Assembly: GCA_963695975.1 (NCBI GenBank)
Contig: CAVOIB010000006.1
Span: forward strand, 20,482 to 84,481
Length of the DNA stretch: 64,000 nucleotides
From: an uncultured Actinomycetes bacterium
Lineage (GTDB): Bacteria; Actinomycetota; UBA4738; HRBIN12
Direction: 5' to 3'
A model generated the notes under the pieces. That model saw only the letters and a program-made list of their open reading frames with translations. It was not told where the DNA came from and did no database searches. Shown here one piece after another: positions 18,121 to 26,761 of this stretch. Position 1 is the first letter of the stretch, and every line of letters starts with the position of its first letter. The translations under genes and the position numbers were made by a program.

Positions 18121-18996
18121 TCAGCCGTCGCCCTCCGCCACCAGCTCGGCGAGCCGCGGGACCACCAGCTCCTGATCCTCGTGATCCTTCACGACGGTCC
18201 CTAGCGTGTCTGCCGCGAGCGATCCGTCCAACCGCTCGGCGCCGAGGAACGCGAGCGCGTTCGCCCAGTCGATCGTCTCGGCGACCCCGGGGAGTTTGGC
18301 CAGGTCCATCTCGCGCAGACGAAGGACGGCCACCGCCACGTCGCGCGCGAGTGCCTCGCTCACATGCGGCGCACGAACGCGCACGATCTGCACCTCGCGT
18401 TCCAGATCCGGGTGATCGATCCAGTGGTAGAGGCAGCGTCGCTTCAACGCGTCGTGCAACTCGCGGGTACGGTTCGACGTGACGACCACGGCGGGAGGTG
18501 TCTCGGCAGCCACCCGTCCGATCTCGGGGATCGTCACCGCGAACTCCGACAACACCTCCAACAGGAACGCCTCGAATTCGTCGTCGGCGCGATCCAGCTC
18601 GTCGACCAGCAGGACGGCGCCCGATCCGGCGCGGATCGCGGCCAAGAGCGGTCGCTCAACAAGGAACTCGGGTCCGAACAGGTCCTGCACGTGCGTCTCG
18701 GCCGAGACGGCGTCCATCGCGCGGACGGCGATCAGCTGGCGCGAGTAGTTCCACTCGTAGAGCGCCTGGGAGGCATCGATGCCCTCGTAGCACTGCAGCC
18801 GGATCAGGCGGCGGCCCAGGAGCGACGAAAGGACCTTCGCGACCTCCGTCTTGCCGACGCCGGCCTCGCCTTCTAGCAACAGCGGCTTGTTCAGAGAAAG
18901 CGCCAGGTAGATCGCGGTCGCCAGGCCACGATCGGCCAGGTAGTCCTGTGATGCGACCGCCTCCTGGAGCTCTTCGACCGACGTCAGCTCGAACAT
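18121..18996 (-). CDS. coxD: MoxR/CoxD family AAA+ ATPase
   Basis: LLLEGEAGVGKTE, LQCYEGID, YEWNYSRQL, LVDELDRADDEFEA, SNRTRELHDALKRRC. Confidence 0.88.
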   Translation of the reverse strand: MFELTSVEELQEAVASQDYLADRGLATAIYLALSLNKPLLLEGEAGVGKTEVAKVLSSLLGRRLIRLQCYEGIDASQALYEWNYSRQLIAVRAMDAVSAETHVQDLFGPEFLVERPLLAAIRAGSGAVLLVDELDRADDEFEAFLLEVLSEFAVTIPEIGRVAAETPPAVVVTSNRTRELHDALKRRCLYHWIDHPDLEREVQIVRVRAPHVSEALARDVAVAVLRLREMDLAKLPGVAETIDWANALAFLGAERLDGSLAADTLGTVVKDHEDQELVVPRLAELVAEGDG

Positions 18997-19024
18997 GGAG
19001 GAAGCGTACCCGAGGCGCTGGCGA

Positions 19025-19849
19025 TCACGCTTCGAACCCGGTCGGCGGTGAACCGCCCATCGCCTCCCGGAGCGGCCCGAGCGCCGCGTCGAGTGCGGCG
19101 AGCGCGCGGAGGAGCATCGTTTCGACGTCTGCCTCGCTCGCATGTGCCGCGCCTGCGGTCGCCTCCCGCAACGCCAGGCCTTCACGGGTCTCGCCGAGAG
19201 CTCGAATCGTTTGCTCAACCGCCACGCGGGTGGACTCGTCCGATGGGGACACTCCCACCGTGCGCAGCGCGCGGTCCGCCTCCTCCACGAGCGCCTCGAG
19301 CTCCCCGGGGACGGCCGACGGGGCCGACACCTCCCGCGCCAGTCGATCGCGAACTGCCGCGGTGGCCCTGTACGCCTGCTGGACCGTGGCCGATGGACGT
19401 CGGCGGCTCCGGAGTATGACGAGCGCCACGATCGCCGCAACAGCCAGGATCCCGAGCACCCACCAGACCGCGGACGTGCCGGTGGAGGCCTCGCCACTAG
19501 GTGCCGACGTCGGGCTAACTGCTTCACTCGGCGTTGGCTGCTCGGTGGGAACTGGGGTCGGCGAGGGTTCCGCCGTGGTCGGCTCCGCGGTCGTGGGTTC
19601 CGCGGTGGTGGGTTCCTCGGTGGGCTCAGCGGTGCGCGACGGCTGGATGCTCGGCCCCTCGATCGAAGGCGATGGGATCCCAGCGCTCGGCAGCGAGATC
19701 GAGGGGGTTCCCGTGATCGCCGGCCGGCTCGGCGGGGATCCCGACACCAGGCTCGAGAGCGCGTCCTGCGCCTGTCCGTTGCAGCTCGCCACGAACACGA
19801 GTGAGAGCAGGCAAGACCCGATCAGCACCTTAGTCCTCATCCGATTCAT
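19025..19849 (-). CDS. Putative lipoprotein with Pro/Ser/Thr-rich stalk, second TM helix and C-terminal helical domain
   Basis: Signal peptide ending LVFVASC; EPTTA repeats; TM AVWWVLGILAVAAIVALVIL then RSRRR. Confidence 0.65.
   Translation of the reverse strand: MNRMRTKVLIGSCLLSLVFVASCNGQAQDALSSLVSGSPPSRPAITGTPSISLPSAGIPSPSIEGPSIQPSRTAEPTEEPTTAEPTTAEPTTAEPSPTPVPTEQPTPSEAVSPTSAPSGEASTGTSAVWWVLGILAVAAIVALVILRSRRRPSATVQQAYRATAAVRDRLAREVSAPSAVPGELEALVEEADRALRTVGVSPSDESTRVAVEQTIRALGETREGLALREATAGAAHASEADVETMLLRALAALDAALGPLREAMGGSPPTGFEA
19565..19630 (-). repeat. Coding tandem repeat (15-bp unit, EPTTA x3 plus degenerate copies)
   Basis: TAEPTEEPTTAEPTTAEPTTAEPS. Confidence 0.7.
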
Positions 19850-20745
19850 CCCCCCGTTGGGTTCGGGGCGATCACCGGGATCGGCGGAGCGACGACGCCG
19901 CGCTGCGAGAGCCGGTTGGTGGCTTGTTCGCGAAGAGAGCGCTCGACCTCCCATCGCTTCGAGGGGATCGTCTCGGCGACCACGCGCACGATCTGTGCAG
20001 CGTCGGTGAGTTGCACGACACCCAACACATCCGGTCCGTCGCGTAGCGCCCCTTCGAACGGAGGAACATCGCGGATCTCGTCGAAGAGCTCGGTGAGGAT
20101 ATCGCGGACCTTGTCGACGTCCTGGTCGTATGGGAGCCGGAGGTCGACGATCGCGCGCCCCCAGCCGCGGGTCTTGTTGCTCGTGACAAGGATGTTGCCG
20201 TTCGGCACGATGTTCAGCGTTCCGTCGAACGCACGGATCGTCGTGATCCGAAGCGTGAGCGCCTCGATCGTGCCCGACACGGGATCCGCCGACGTCTGAA
20301 GCTCCACGGTGTCGCCCACGTCGTACTGGTTCTCCGCCAGGATGAAGAAGCCCGAGAGCGTGTCCTTGACGATGGTCTGCGCGCCGAACCCCAGCGCGAC
20401 CCCTGCGATACCGGCGGTCGCGAGGAGTGGACCGAGATTCACGCCCACCGCCGAGAGAATCATCAGCACCACCACGGTCCACACGACGATCTGGAACGTG
20501 CTGAGGAGCAGGTTCGCAACGGTCGCCCGGCGGCGCGACTGCCGGAGCTTCTCCCGCTCGGTGCCCTCGGCCAGCGCATCGGCGCGCATCTCCAGCCGGT
20601 GAACGTACCGACGGGCCACCAAGTTCACGATCAGAGCGACGAGGAAGACGATCGCGAGCGAGATCCCGACCGTGAGCCACCACTCGGTACTGAACCGAGG
20701 AGGGTCGCTCTGTTGCGCGAGGACTCCCAACATCCGCACATCCAA
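19846..20745 (-). CDS. mscS: Small-conductance mechanosensitive channel family protein
   Basis: LLATAGIAGVALGFGAQTIVKDTLSGFFILAENQYDVGD, LRITTIRAFDG..IVPNG. Confidence 0.88.
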   Translation of the reverse strand: MDVRMLGVLAQQSDPPRFSTEWWLTVGISLAIVFLVALIVNLVARRYVHRLEMRADALAEGTEREKLRQSRRRATVANLLLSTFQIVVWTVVVLMILSAVGVNLGPLLATAGIAGVALGFGAQTIVKDTLSGFFILAENQYDVGDTVELQTSADPVSGTIEALTLRITTIRAFDGTLNIVPNGNILVTSNKTRGWGRAIVDLRLPYDQDVDKVRDILTELFDEIRDVPPFEGALRDGPDVLGVVQLTDAAQIVRVVAETIPSKRWEVERSLREQATNRLSQRGVVAPPIPVIAPNPTGG

Positions 20746-20805
20746 CTAGGAGGAGTGCGCCACGTCAAAGGTCCGGCGTTTCGGGTCCATGCCCGTCGAC
20801 GGGGA

Positions 20806-21405
20806 TCAGCCGCGGAAGCGTGGATCCGACGTCTGGCTGGGAGGGCCCGCACGCGAGAGACGACGAAGCCGCGATCCTTCGATCAGAAGAAGGCCCCCTC
20901 CGACGAGTCCCCAAGCCGCCAGCACGAACCTGAGCACGCGTATGTCGCCCTCCTCGGCGAAGAACAGAACGAGTCCGAGGACGAGCTCGACCGTGCCGAG
21001 GGCCAGTCCTCCGTAGGTCCACCGATGCCCGGTGCGACGTTCGACCTCGAAAGCACCGAGCAGCCTCAGCGACCCCGTGAGAACGGCAGCGAGCCCCAAC
21101 AGGCTGATGAGCGTGTTGGTGGACACCAGATGTTCGAGCGGCTGGCGGAACAACACGAGGAGCGCCGCGACGACGCTCACGCTTCCGGCCGCCAGGCCGA
21201 TCCGCGAGCCGCGCCGCCACCGGACGCTGACCGCCCATCTACACGTCACGAGCCCGCTGAGCAGCCAGTAGACGCCGATGAAGTTCGCGAGCATCCGGCG
21301 GTTGCCCTCTGATACCAGCACCGCGGTTCCCAGGAGCAGCGCGAAGCTCCCGCGGACGACCGGGATCCACCAGAAACGTGCCTGCCGGATGGGAGCGTCA
21401 TGCAT
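20806..21405 (-). CDS. HdeD/DUF308 family membrane protein
   Basis: WWIPVVRGSFALLLG followed by ~6 TM helices. Confidence 0.72.
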   Translation of the reverse strand: MHDAPIRQARFWWIPVVRGSFALLLGTAVLVSEGNRRMLANFIGVYWLLSGLVTCRWAVSVRWRRGSRIGLAAGSVSVVAALLVLFRQPLEHLVSTNTLISLLGLAAVLTGSLRLLGAFEVERRTGHRWTYGGLALGTVELVLGLVLFFAEEGDIRVLRFVLAAWGLVGGGLLLIEGSRLRRLSRAGPPSQTSDPRFRG

Positions 21406-21508
21406 CACACGATTATCCAGCGTGGGCGAGCTCGAACCTCGATGGGCAGATCGCTCCCAACGTGGCCCTCGAGAAGTTGGGGCAGTTATCGTCTTCTTCG
21501 CGTCGAGT

Positions 21509-21534
21509 TGTCGATTCCGCCGATCCCGTTCGTC
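21509..21534 (+). promoter_or_regulatory. ECF42-type promoter
   Basis: TGTCGA-N16-CGTC upstream of the YciI/ECF sigma pair, matching the ECF42 consensus (TGTCGA / CG(A/T)C). Confidence 0.75.
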
Positions 21535-21569
21535 TTGGGAGTGACGATCCTGAGGAGGAGGAGGAAGCG

Positions 21570-21929
21570 ATGAAGTACATGCTGTTGATCCATCAGGGCT
21601 CCACGCCGACACCGCGGTCGCCCGAGGCATGGGCGACCCTCTCGGAGGACGAGCAGAACGCCGTCTACGCGGACTACCAGGCGATCAACGAGAACCCGGG
21701 CGTCACCCCCGGCTTCGGGCTGGACGCCCCCGAGACGGCGACCACCGTGCGGGTGCAGGACGGCAAGACGCTTGTCACCGACGGGCCGTTCGTCGAGATC
21801 AAGGAGTCGATCGGCGGCTACCTATTGTTCGAAGCCGACGACCTCGACGCCGCGATCGAGCTGGCCGCGCGGATCCCGGCGGCGCGCCTGGGCGGTGCGG
21901 TCGAGGTACGTCCGATCGTGGAGTGGTAG
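21570..21929 (+). CDS. YciI family (DGPF) protein
   Basis: [33 protein letters not shown]; strong RBS. Confidence 0.92.
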   Translation: MKYMLLIHQGSTPTPRSPEAWATLSEDEQNAVYADYQAINENPGVTPGFGLDAPETATTVRVQDGKTLVTDGPFVEIKESIGGYLLFEADDLDAAIELAARIPAARLGGAVEVRPIVEW

Positions 21930-23119
21930 CGATCCTCGAAGAGACCTTCCGCGAGCAGTGGGGACGCGTCCTCGCGGCGTTGATCGGCTTCCTCGGCGAC
22001 TTCGACCTCGCCGAGGAAGCCACGCAGGAGGCGTTCGCGATCGCTGCCGAACGCTGGCCGCGGGACGGATACCCCGCCAACCCCGGCAGGTGGCTCGTGA
22101 CGACCGCGCGCAACCGGGCGATCGACCGGATCCGGCGAGATCGCACGCTTGCCGCGAAGACTCCCCTGCTCCAGGTGCCGGCATCGGAGGAGGATCGCGT
22201 GGAACCGACCACGTTCCCGGACGAGCGACTCGAACTCATCTTCACCTGCTGTCATCCTGCGCTGGCAGTCGACGCTCAGGTCGCGCTCACGCTGCGGACG
22301 CTCGGCGGCCTGACCACCCTCGAGATCGCGCGCGCATTCCTGGTCCCCGAGCCGACGATGGCCCAGCGGCTCGTGCGGGCGAAGCGCAAGATCACGGCCG
22401 CGGGGATCCCGTTCCGCGTGCCTCCCGACCACCTGCTGCCCGATCGGCTCATCGCCGTGCTCGCGGTCGTCTACCTGATCTTCAACGAGGGTTACGGTGG
22501 TCGCGGAGAGCTGGCGGCCGAGGCGATCCGGCTCGGGCGGGCGCTCGTCGAGCTGATGCCCGACGAGTCGGAGGTCCACGGCCTCCTGGCGATGATGCTG
22601 CTGCTCGACGCCCGCCGCGAGGCGCGCTTCACGGGCGACGATCTGGTGTTGCTGGCCGACCAGGACCGTTCGCTCTGGGACGCGTCACAGATCATCGACG
22701 GGCGGGCGGAGCTCGACCGCGCCCTCGCGCTGCTCGGCCAAGGTCCCTACGTCGTGCAGGCGGCCATCGCTTCCCTGCATGCCGAGGAGCCGCGCGATTG
22801 GCCCCAGATCGCCGCCCTGTACGGTGAGCTCGCCCGTCTCACGGACTCGCCCATCGTCGAGCTGAGCCGGGCTGTCGCGGTCGCCGAGGCGCAGGGTCCC
22901 GAGGCAGGGCTCAGCATCGTCGAACGCCTCGATCTCGGCGGCTACCGATACCTGCACTCGACGCGCGGCGAGCTGCTCCGGCGTCTCGGTCGAACGGACG
23001 AGGCCCGCGACGAGTACCGACGTGCACTGACGTTGGCCCACGATGACGCAGAGCGGCGCCTGCTCGAACGCCGTCTAGCAGAGTTGGAGGGATCCTCCGC
23101 CGCAAGGGCCCAGGAGTAA
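21923..23119 (+). CDS. ECF sigma factor, ECF42 group (C-terminal TPR-like extension)
   Basis: [48 protein letters not shown]. Confidence 0.9.
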   Translation: MVAILEETFREQWGRVLAALIGFLGDFDLAEEATQEAFAIAAERWPRDGYPANPGRWLVTTARNRAIDRIRRDRTLAAKTPLLQVPASEEDRVEPTTFPDERLELIFTCCHPALAVDAQVALTLRTLGGLTTLEIARAFLVPEPTMAQRLVRAKRKITAAGIPFRVPPDHLLPDRLIAVLAVVYLIFNEGYGGRGELAAEAIRLGRALVELMPDESEVHGLLAMMLLLDARREARFTGDDLVLLADQDRSLWDASQIIDGRAELDRALALLGQGPYVVQAAIASLHAEEPRDWPQIAALYGELARLTDSPIVELSRAVAVAEAQGPEAGLSIVERLDLGGYRYLHSTRGELLRRLGRTDEARDEYRRALTLAHDDAERRLLERRLAELEGSSAARAQE

Positions 23120-23149
23120 AGGAAGGACGGTTGGCATGCTCTCCCGCAA

Positions 23150-23386
23150 CCAGCACACCGCGCCAGGAACATGGAGGGGAAGGATGGCAACCCCCTCGAT
23201 GAGGTTCGGATCCTGTGCAGCTCCTTGCTGGACAACGGGGCGTCATGGTCGCGGACAGCAGATCAAGATGGATCCGGCCACATCGATCCCGGGGTATCAG
23301 GTCGGTGATGAGATCAGGCTGAGCGAAGTGGACTTCGTCCGACTGTCCAAGGCGTCTTCTCGAAGATCGAGAACACGTATCGATAG
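23150..23386 (+). pseudogene. Frameshifted 3' remnant of a hypothetical gene
   Basis: Stitching three single-base shifts gives HRARNMEGKDGNPLDEVRILCSSLLDNG/VMVAD/QIKMDPATSIPGYQVGDEIRLSEVDFVRLSKA/FSKIENTYR*. Confidence 0.55.
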
Positions 23387-23399
23387 GCATGGGAAGCTC

Positions 23400-23430
23400 T
23401 TGACTCTCCCCCGGGGAAGGGCCGTAGCGT
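23400..23430 (+). promoter_or_regulatory. MerR-type promoter/operator
   Basis: TTGACT-19 bp-TAGCGT with imperfect dyad (tccccc/ggggaa) in the spacer, 8 nt before the MerR ATG. Confidence 0.8.
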
Positions 23431-23438
23431 GCGCGTTG

Positions 23439-24284
23439 ATGGACCGCGATGCGCACCTGACGATCGGACAGCTGGCCCGGCTCTCGGGCCTCACCGTGAA
23501 GGCCCTGCGCCACTATGACCGGGTCGGACTGCTGTCCCCGGCATCGATCGATCGGGAGACCGGTTACCGGCGGTACGGACAAGAACAACTCGAGCGGGCC
23601 CGGGAGATCCGGAGCCTGCGTGACCTGGATGTGCCGCTCGCTGACATCCGGTCGGTGCTGAACGGCGACGCTCGGCTGAGCGAGGTGTTGGCGAGGCAGA
23701 GTGCGACCGTGGAGGCCGCGACGTACCGGCTGCAACGGATGGGCCATCGGTTGCGGATGTCGATCCGAGAAGAGACACGAGAACAGGAGGAGGGCCGAGC
23801 CATGGCATCAAGGAACGATCGAGACGACGTCATCACGTCCGAGGAAGAACGGGCACTGGCGGCGCAGCTCTTCAACCGGGTCTGGACCATGCTCGAGAAC
23901 CCGAACCGGTCGGTGGAGGACGACGACCGCATGGTGCACATGACCCACGCCTCCCGTTACCATTGGGGCGAGGTCGGAATGGCGGAACAGCTGGCCGTCG
24001 GAGAATGGCAGTGTTCCCGGGTCTACGCCGTGCTCGGGCGCGGCGAGCCCTCACTGCACCACGCACGGCGTGCGATGGCGATCGCCGAAGGGCCAGGGCT
24101 CCCGGACTGGCTGGCCGCCTCCGCGATGGAAGCGATGGCGAGAGCGTCAGCCGTGGCTGGTGACGAGGTGGAAGCGCGCCGGTGGGCGTCGGCCGCGAAG
24201 GCGGCCGCGGACGCGATCGAGGACGCCGAGGATCGGGAGGTCGTCATGGGCGACCTCGCCACCCTGCCGGTGGGTGCTCCCTAA
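23439..24284 (+). CDS. MerR family regulator with C-terminal helical (TPR-like) domain
   Basis: LTIGQLARLSGLTVKALRHYDRVGLLSP..ID.ETGYRRY. Confidence 0.9.
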   Translation: MDRDAHLTIGQLARLSGLTVKALRHYDRVGLLSPASIDRETGYRRYGQEQLERAREIRSLRDLDVPLADIRSVLNGDARLSEVLARQSATVEAATYRLQRMGHRLRMSIREETREQEEGRAMASRNDRDDVITSEEERALAAQLFNRVWTMLENPNRSVEDDDRMVHMTHASRYHWGEVGMAEQLAVGEWQCSRVYAVLGRGEPSLHHARRAMAIAEGPGLPDWLAASAMEAMARASAVAGDEVEARRWASAAKAAADAIEDAEDREVVMGDLATLPVGAP

Positions 24285-24327
24285 CACTATTGGCGTCGAT
24301 CGTGAACCGACCGCTATCGTCGGATGG

Positions 24328-25221
24328 GTGGAGCCTCCATCCGCGTCCGAGAAGCCGCCCGCGACGACGCTCGCGGCTCGGATCGCGAGGCGTCGCGAAG
24401 AGCTCGAGCGCAGCCGACGCGTCGGGCTCGCGCTCCTCACGTGGAAGCGCTTCGGCGAGATCGAAGGTGGAGACCTCGCCGTCCTGATGACGCTCAGCCT
24501 GTTCGTCGCGATGGTTCCGCTCGTGCTGATGGTCTTCTCTTGGGTTGCGGGGTTCAGTACGACAGCGAGCGCGGCAAATATCGTGATCCGCCAGTACGAC
24601 CTACACGGCGCATCGGCGATCGTCGTACGGGACACGTTCGCAAGCGCGAACGCGGGCCGAACCAACGCCACCGTGTTCGGCACGCTCAGCCTGCTGGTGG
24701 CGGGCTTCCCGGCCGCGGTCGCCGTGCAGAAGACGTTCGCCCGCGCGTGGCGGGCCCCCAACATGCCGCTGCTGCGTTCCTACCTCCGCGGGGGTGCATG
24801 GTTCCTGGTGTACCTCGCGGTGTACCTCGGGGCGGAGGCGGTGACGTGGATGCTCGTGCGAGGCCAGGTGCTGGCGGCCCTCGCGATCCCGGTAGGCGTG
24901 GGGCTCCTGTTCTTGCTGTGGATGGCGACACCGCATCTCTTGTTGGGCATGGATCTCGGCGGCTGGCGCGGACTCGTCCCGACAGCCATCGCGGGGACGA
25001 TCCTCTCGGTCGCGTTCCGCACCGCATCGTCGCTGTTGATGCCTCGGTGGCTGGCCTCATGGGCGATCCCGTTCGGGGCCGTCGGCGTGACGCTGGCGTT
25101 CCTCACCTGGGTCGGGTTCCTTATGTTGGGGTGGGTGATGGTCGCGTGCCTCGGCGCCGTCTACTGGGAGCGGATCGCCGACGAGAACGTCGTGCTCGAG
25201 GTGGAGACTCCCGATGATTGA
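24328..25221 (+). CDS. YihY/BrkB family membrane protein
   Basis: Multi-TM; LSLFVAMVPL, QKTFARAW, PFGAVGVTLAFLTW. Confidence 0.75.
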   Translation: MEPPSASEKPPATTLAARIARRREELERSRRVGLALLTWKRFGEIEGGDLAVLMTLSLFVAMVPLVLMVFSWVAGFSTTASAANIVIRQYDLHGASAIVVRDTFASANAGRTNATVFGTLSLLVAGFPAAVAVQKTFARAWRAPNMPLLRSYLRGGAWFLVYLAVYLGAEAVTWMLVRGQVLAALAIPVGVGLLFLLWMATPHLLLGMDLGGWRGLVPTAIAGTILSVAFRTASSLLMPRWLASWAIPFGAVGVTLAFLTWVGFLMLGWVMVACLGAVYWERIADENVVLEVETPDD

Positions 25222-25279
25222 ACGGCGGGCAGCCGTCGGCGAAGATAGCTAGCGAACCGTGACCGGTAAGGGGGATCGG

Positions 25280-25675
25280 ATGTCGGACAACAGGAGCGGG
25301 TGGGCCGTCGGCTGGACGTACTTCGCGGGCTTCATGATGTTGATGATCGGCTTCTTCGACATGATCCAGGGATTCGCCGCACTCTTCAAGAAGGACTTCT
25401 ATGCGGTGACTCCGAACTACGTCTTCCACTTCGACGTCTCGACCTGGGGATGGATCCATCTGCTCTTGGGTCTGGTCATCATGCTGGCGGGATTCGCGCT
25501 CTTCAGCGGAGCGGTGTGGGCTCGAACCATCGGCGTGATCATGGCGGTCGTCATCGCGATCACGAACTTCGCGTTCATCCCGATCTACCCGGTGTTCTCG
25601 ATCGTGATCATCGCGGTCTGCGTCTTCGTGATCTGGGCCCTCACGATGCACGGGCGCGACGTGGCGATGGAATAG
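25280..25675 (+). CDS. Four-TM actinobacterial membrane protein (DUF7144-like)
   Basis: GWTYFAGFMMLMIG, FDVSTWGWIHLLLG, WARTIGV, P.YP.FS. Confidence 0.75.
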   Translation: MSDNRSGWAVGWTYFAGFMMLMIGFFDMIQGFAALFKKDFYAVTPNYVFHFDVSTWGWIHLLLGLVIMLAGFALFSGAVWARTIGVIMAVVIAITNFAFIPIYPVFSIVIIAVCVFVIWALTMHGRDVAME

Positions 25676-25706
25676 TCGCCGACCACCGAACCTTCTTCTC
25701 CTCGCC

Positions 25707-26063
25707 ATGACGTACGAGGAACTGATGCGACGCGCGGTTCAATGGTTCGAGTTGATGGGCGTCGTCGTGCTCGCTGTGGGCTCGACCTTCGCGCTCGCTC
25801 GGTACGTGCTCGCACTCGCCCAGAGACGACGCGAAGGGGCGTTCCAGACCGTGCGCCGGAGCGTGGGGCGGGCGATCCTGCTCGGACTCGAGATCATGAT
25901 CATCGCCGACATCGTCCGTACGATCACGATCGCCACGACCTTCGAGAGCGTAGTCACGCTGGGCATCATCGTGCTCGTGCGGACGTTCCTCAGCTTCTCG
26001 CTCGAGATCGAGCTAGAGGGCGTGGTCCCCTGGCGCCGCGGGTCGGACACGCCTGCGGCTTGA
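25707..26063 (+). CDS. DUF1622 family membrane protein
   Basis: GRAILLGLEIMIIADIVRT, LGIIVLVRTFLSFSLEIE. Confidence 0.88.
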   Translation: MTYEELMRRAVQWFELMGVVVLAVGSTFALARYVLALAQRRREGAFQTVRRSVGRAILLGLEIMIIADIVRTITIATTFESVVTLGIIVLVRTFLSFSLEIELEGVVPWRRGSDTPAA

Positions 26064-26112
26064 CTCCATCAGCTTCGGCCGACACGAACGGTGTTCGGGT
26101 ATCGCGCGGTAG

Positions 26113-26140
26113 GATACAAACCGACCAGTCAGTTTGTATC
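26113..26140. promoter_or_regulatory. TetR-type operator (inverted repeat)
   Basis: GATACAAAC-cgaccagtca-GTTTGTATC, perfect 9-bp arms, 14 nt before the TetR start. Confidence 0.75.
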
Positions 26141-26154
26141 GCGAAAGGGCGGAT

Positions 26155-26751
26155 GTGCCGAAGCTGGCGGAAGAGGTGCGAACCGAGCGACGCCGAGCGC
26201 TGATCGATGCCGCCTGGCGCTGCATCTCTGGTCATGGCTTCAGCTCGATGACGGTGGACGACGTCTGCGCGGAGGCCGGTGTCAGCAAGGGAGCTTTCTA
26301 CACGTACTTCGCCGCGAAGGACGACCTGCTCCTGGCGCTCCTCGATGATGACGCTGAGGGGTTCGAGAAGCTGATGGACGAGCTTCAGGGGGTGCCGATC
26401 CGTAATGACGAGCGTGTCCGCCGGCTGGCCAGAGCCATGCTCGATCGCGGGGCCGATCCCTCTCGCCTCCAGGTGCGGGCCGACCTCTGGGCCGAGATGC
26501 AAGAGAACGAGGCGCTCCGAGCCCGTCTCGCCACCGTCGTCGTCCGCCAGCGAAGGAAGCTCCGATCATGGATCGAATCGAGCGTGCGAGCGGGAGAGTT
26601 GGTCGATGTTCCCGCGAACGCACTCGCGGCGATCCTGCTCGCCCTCGGCGACGGGCTGATGCTGCACGCACGGCTGGATCCGGAAGGCTTCCGATGGCGG
26701 AACATCGAGGTGGCCCTCGACGGACTCTTGCGGGGGATCTCCGAAGCGTGA
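26155..26751 (+). CDS. TetR/AcrR family regulator
   Basis: LIDAAWRC...GF..MTVDDVCAEAGVSKGAFYTYFAAKDDLL. Confidence 0.92.
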   Translation: MPKLAEEVRTERRRALIDAAWRCISGHGFSSMTVDDVCAEAGVSKGAFYTYFAAKDDLLLALLDDDAEGFEKLMDELQGVPIRNDERVRRLARAMLDRGADPSRLQVRADLWAEMQENEALRARLATVVVRQRRKLRSWIESSVRAGELVDVPANALAAILLALGDGLMLHARLDPEGFRWRNIEVALDGLLRGISEA

Positions 26752-26761
26752 GGGCCTGGCC

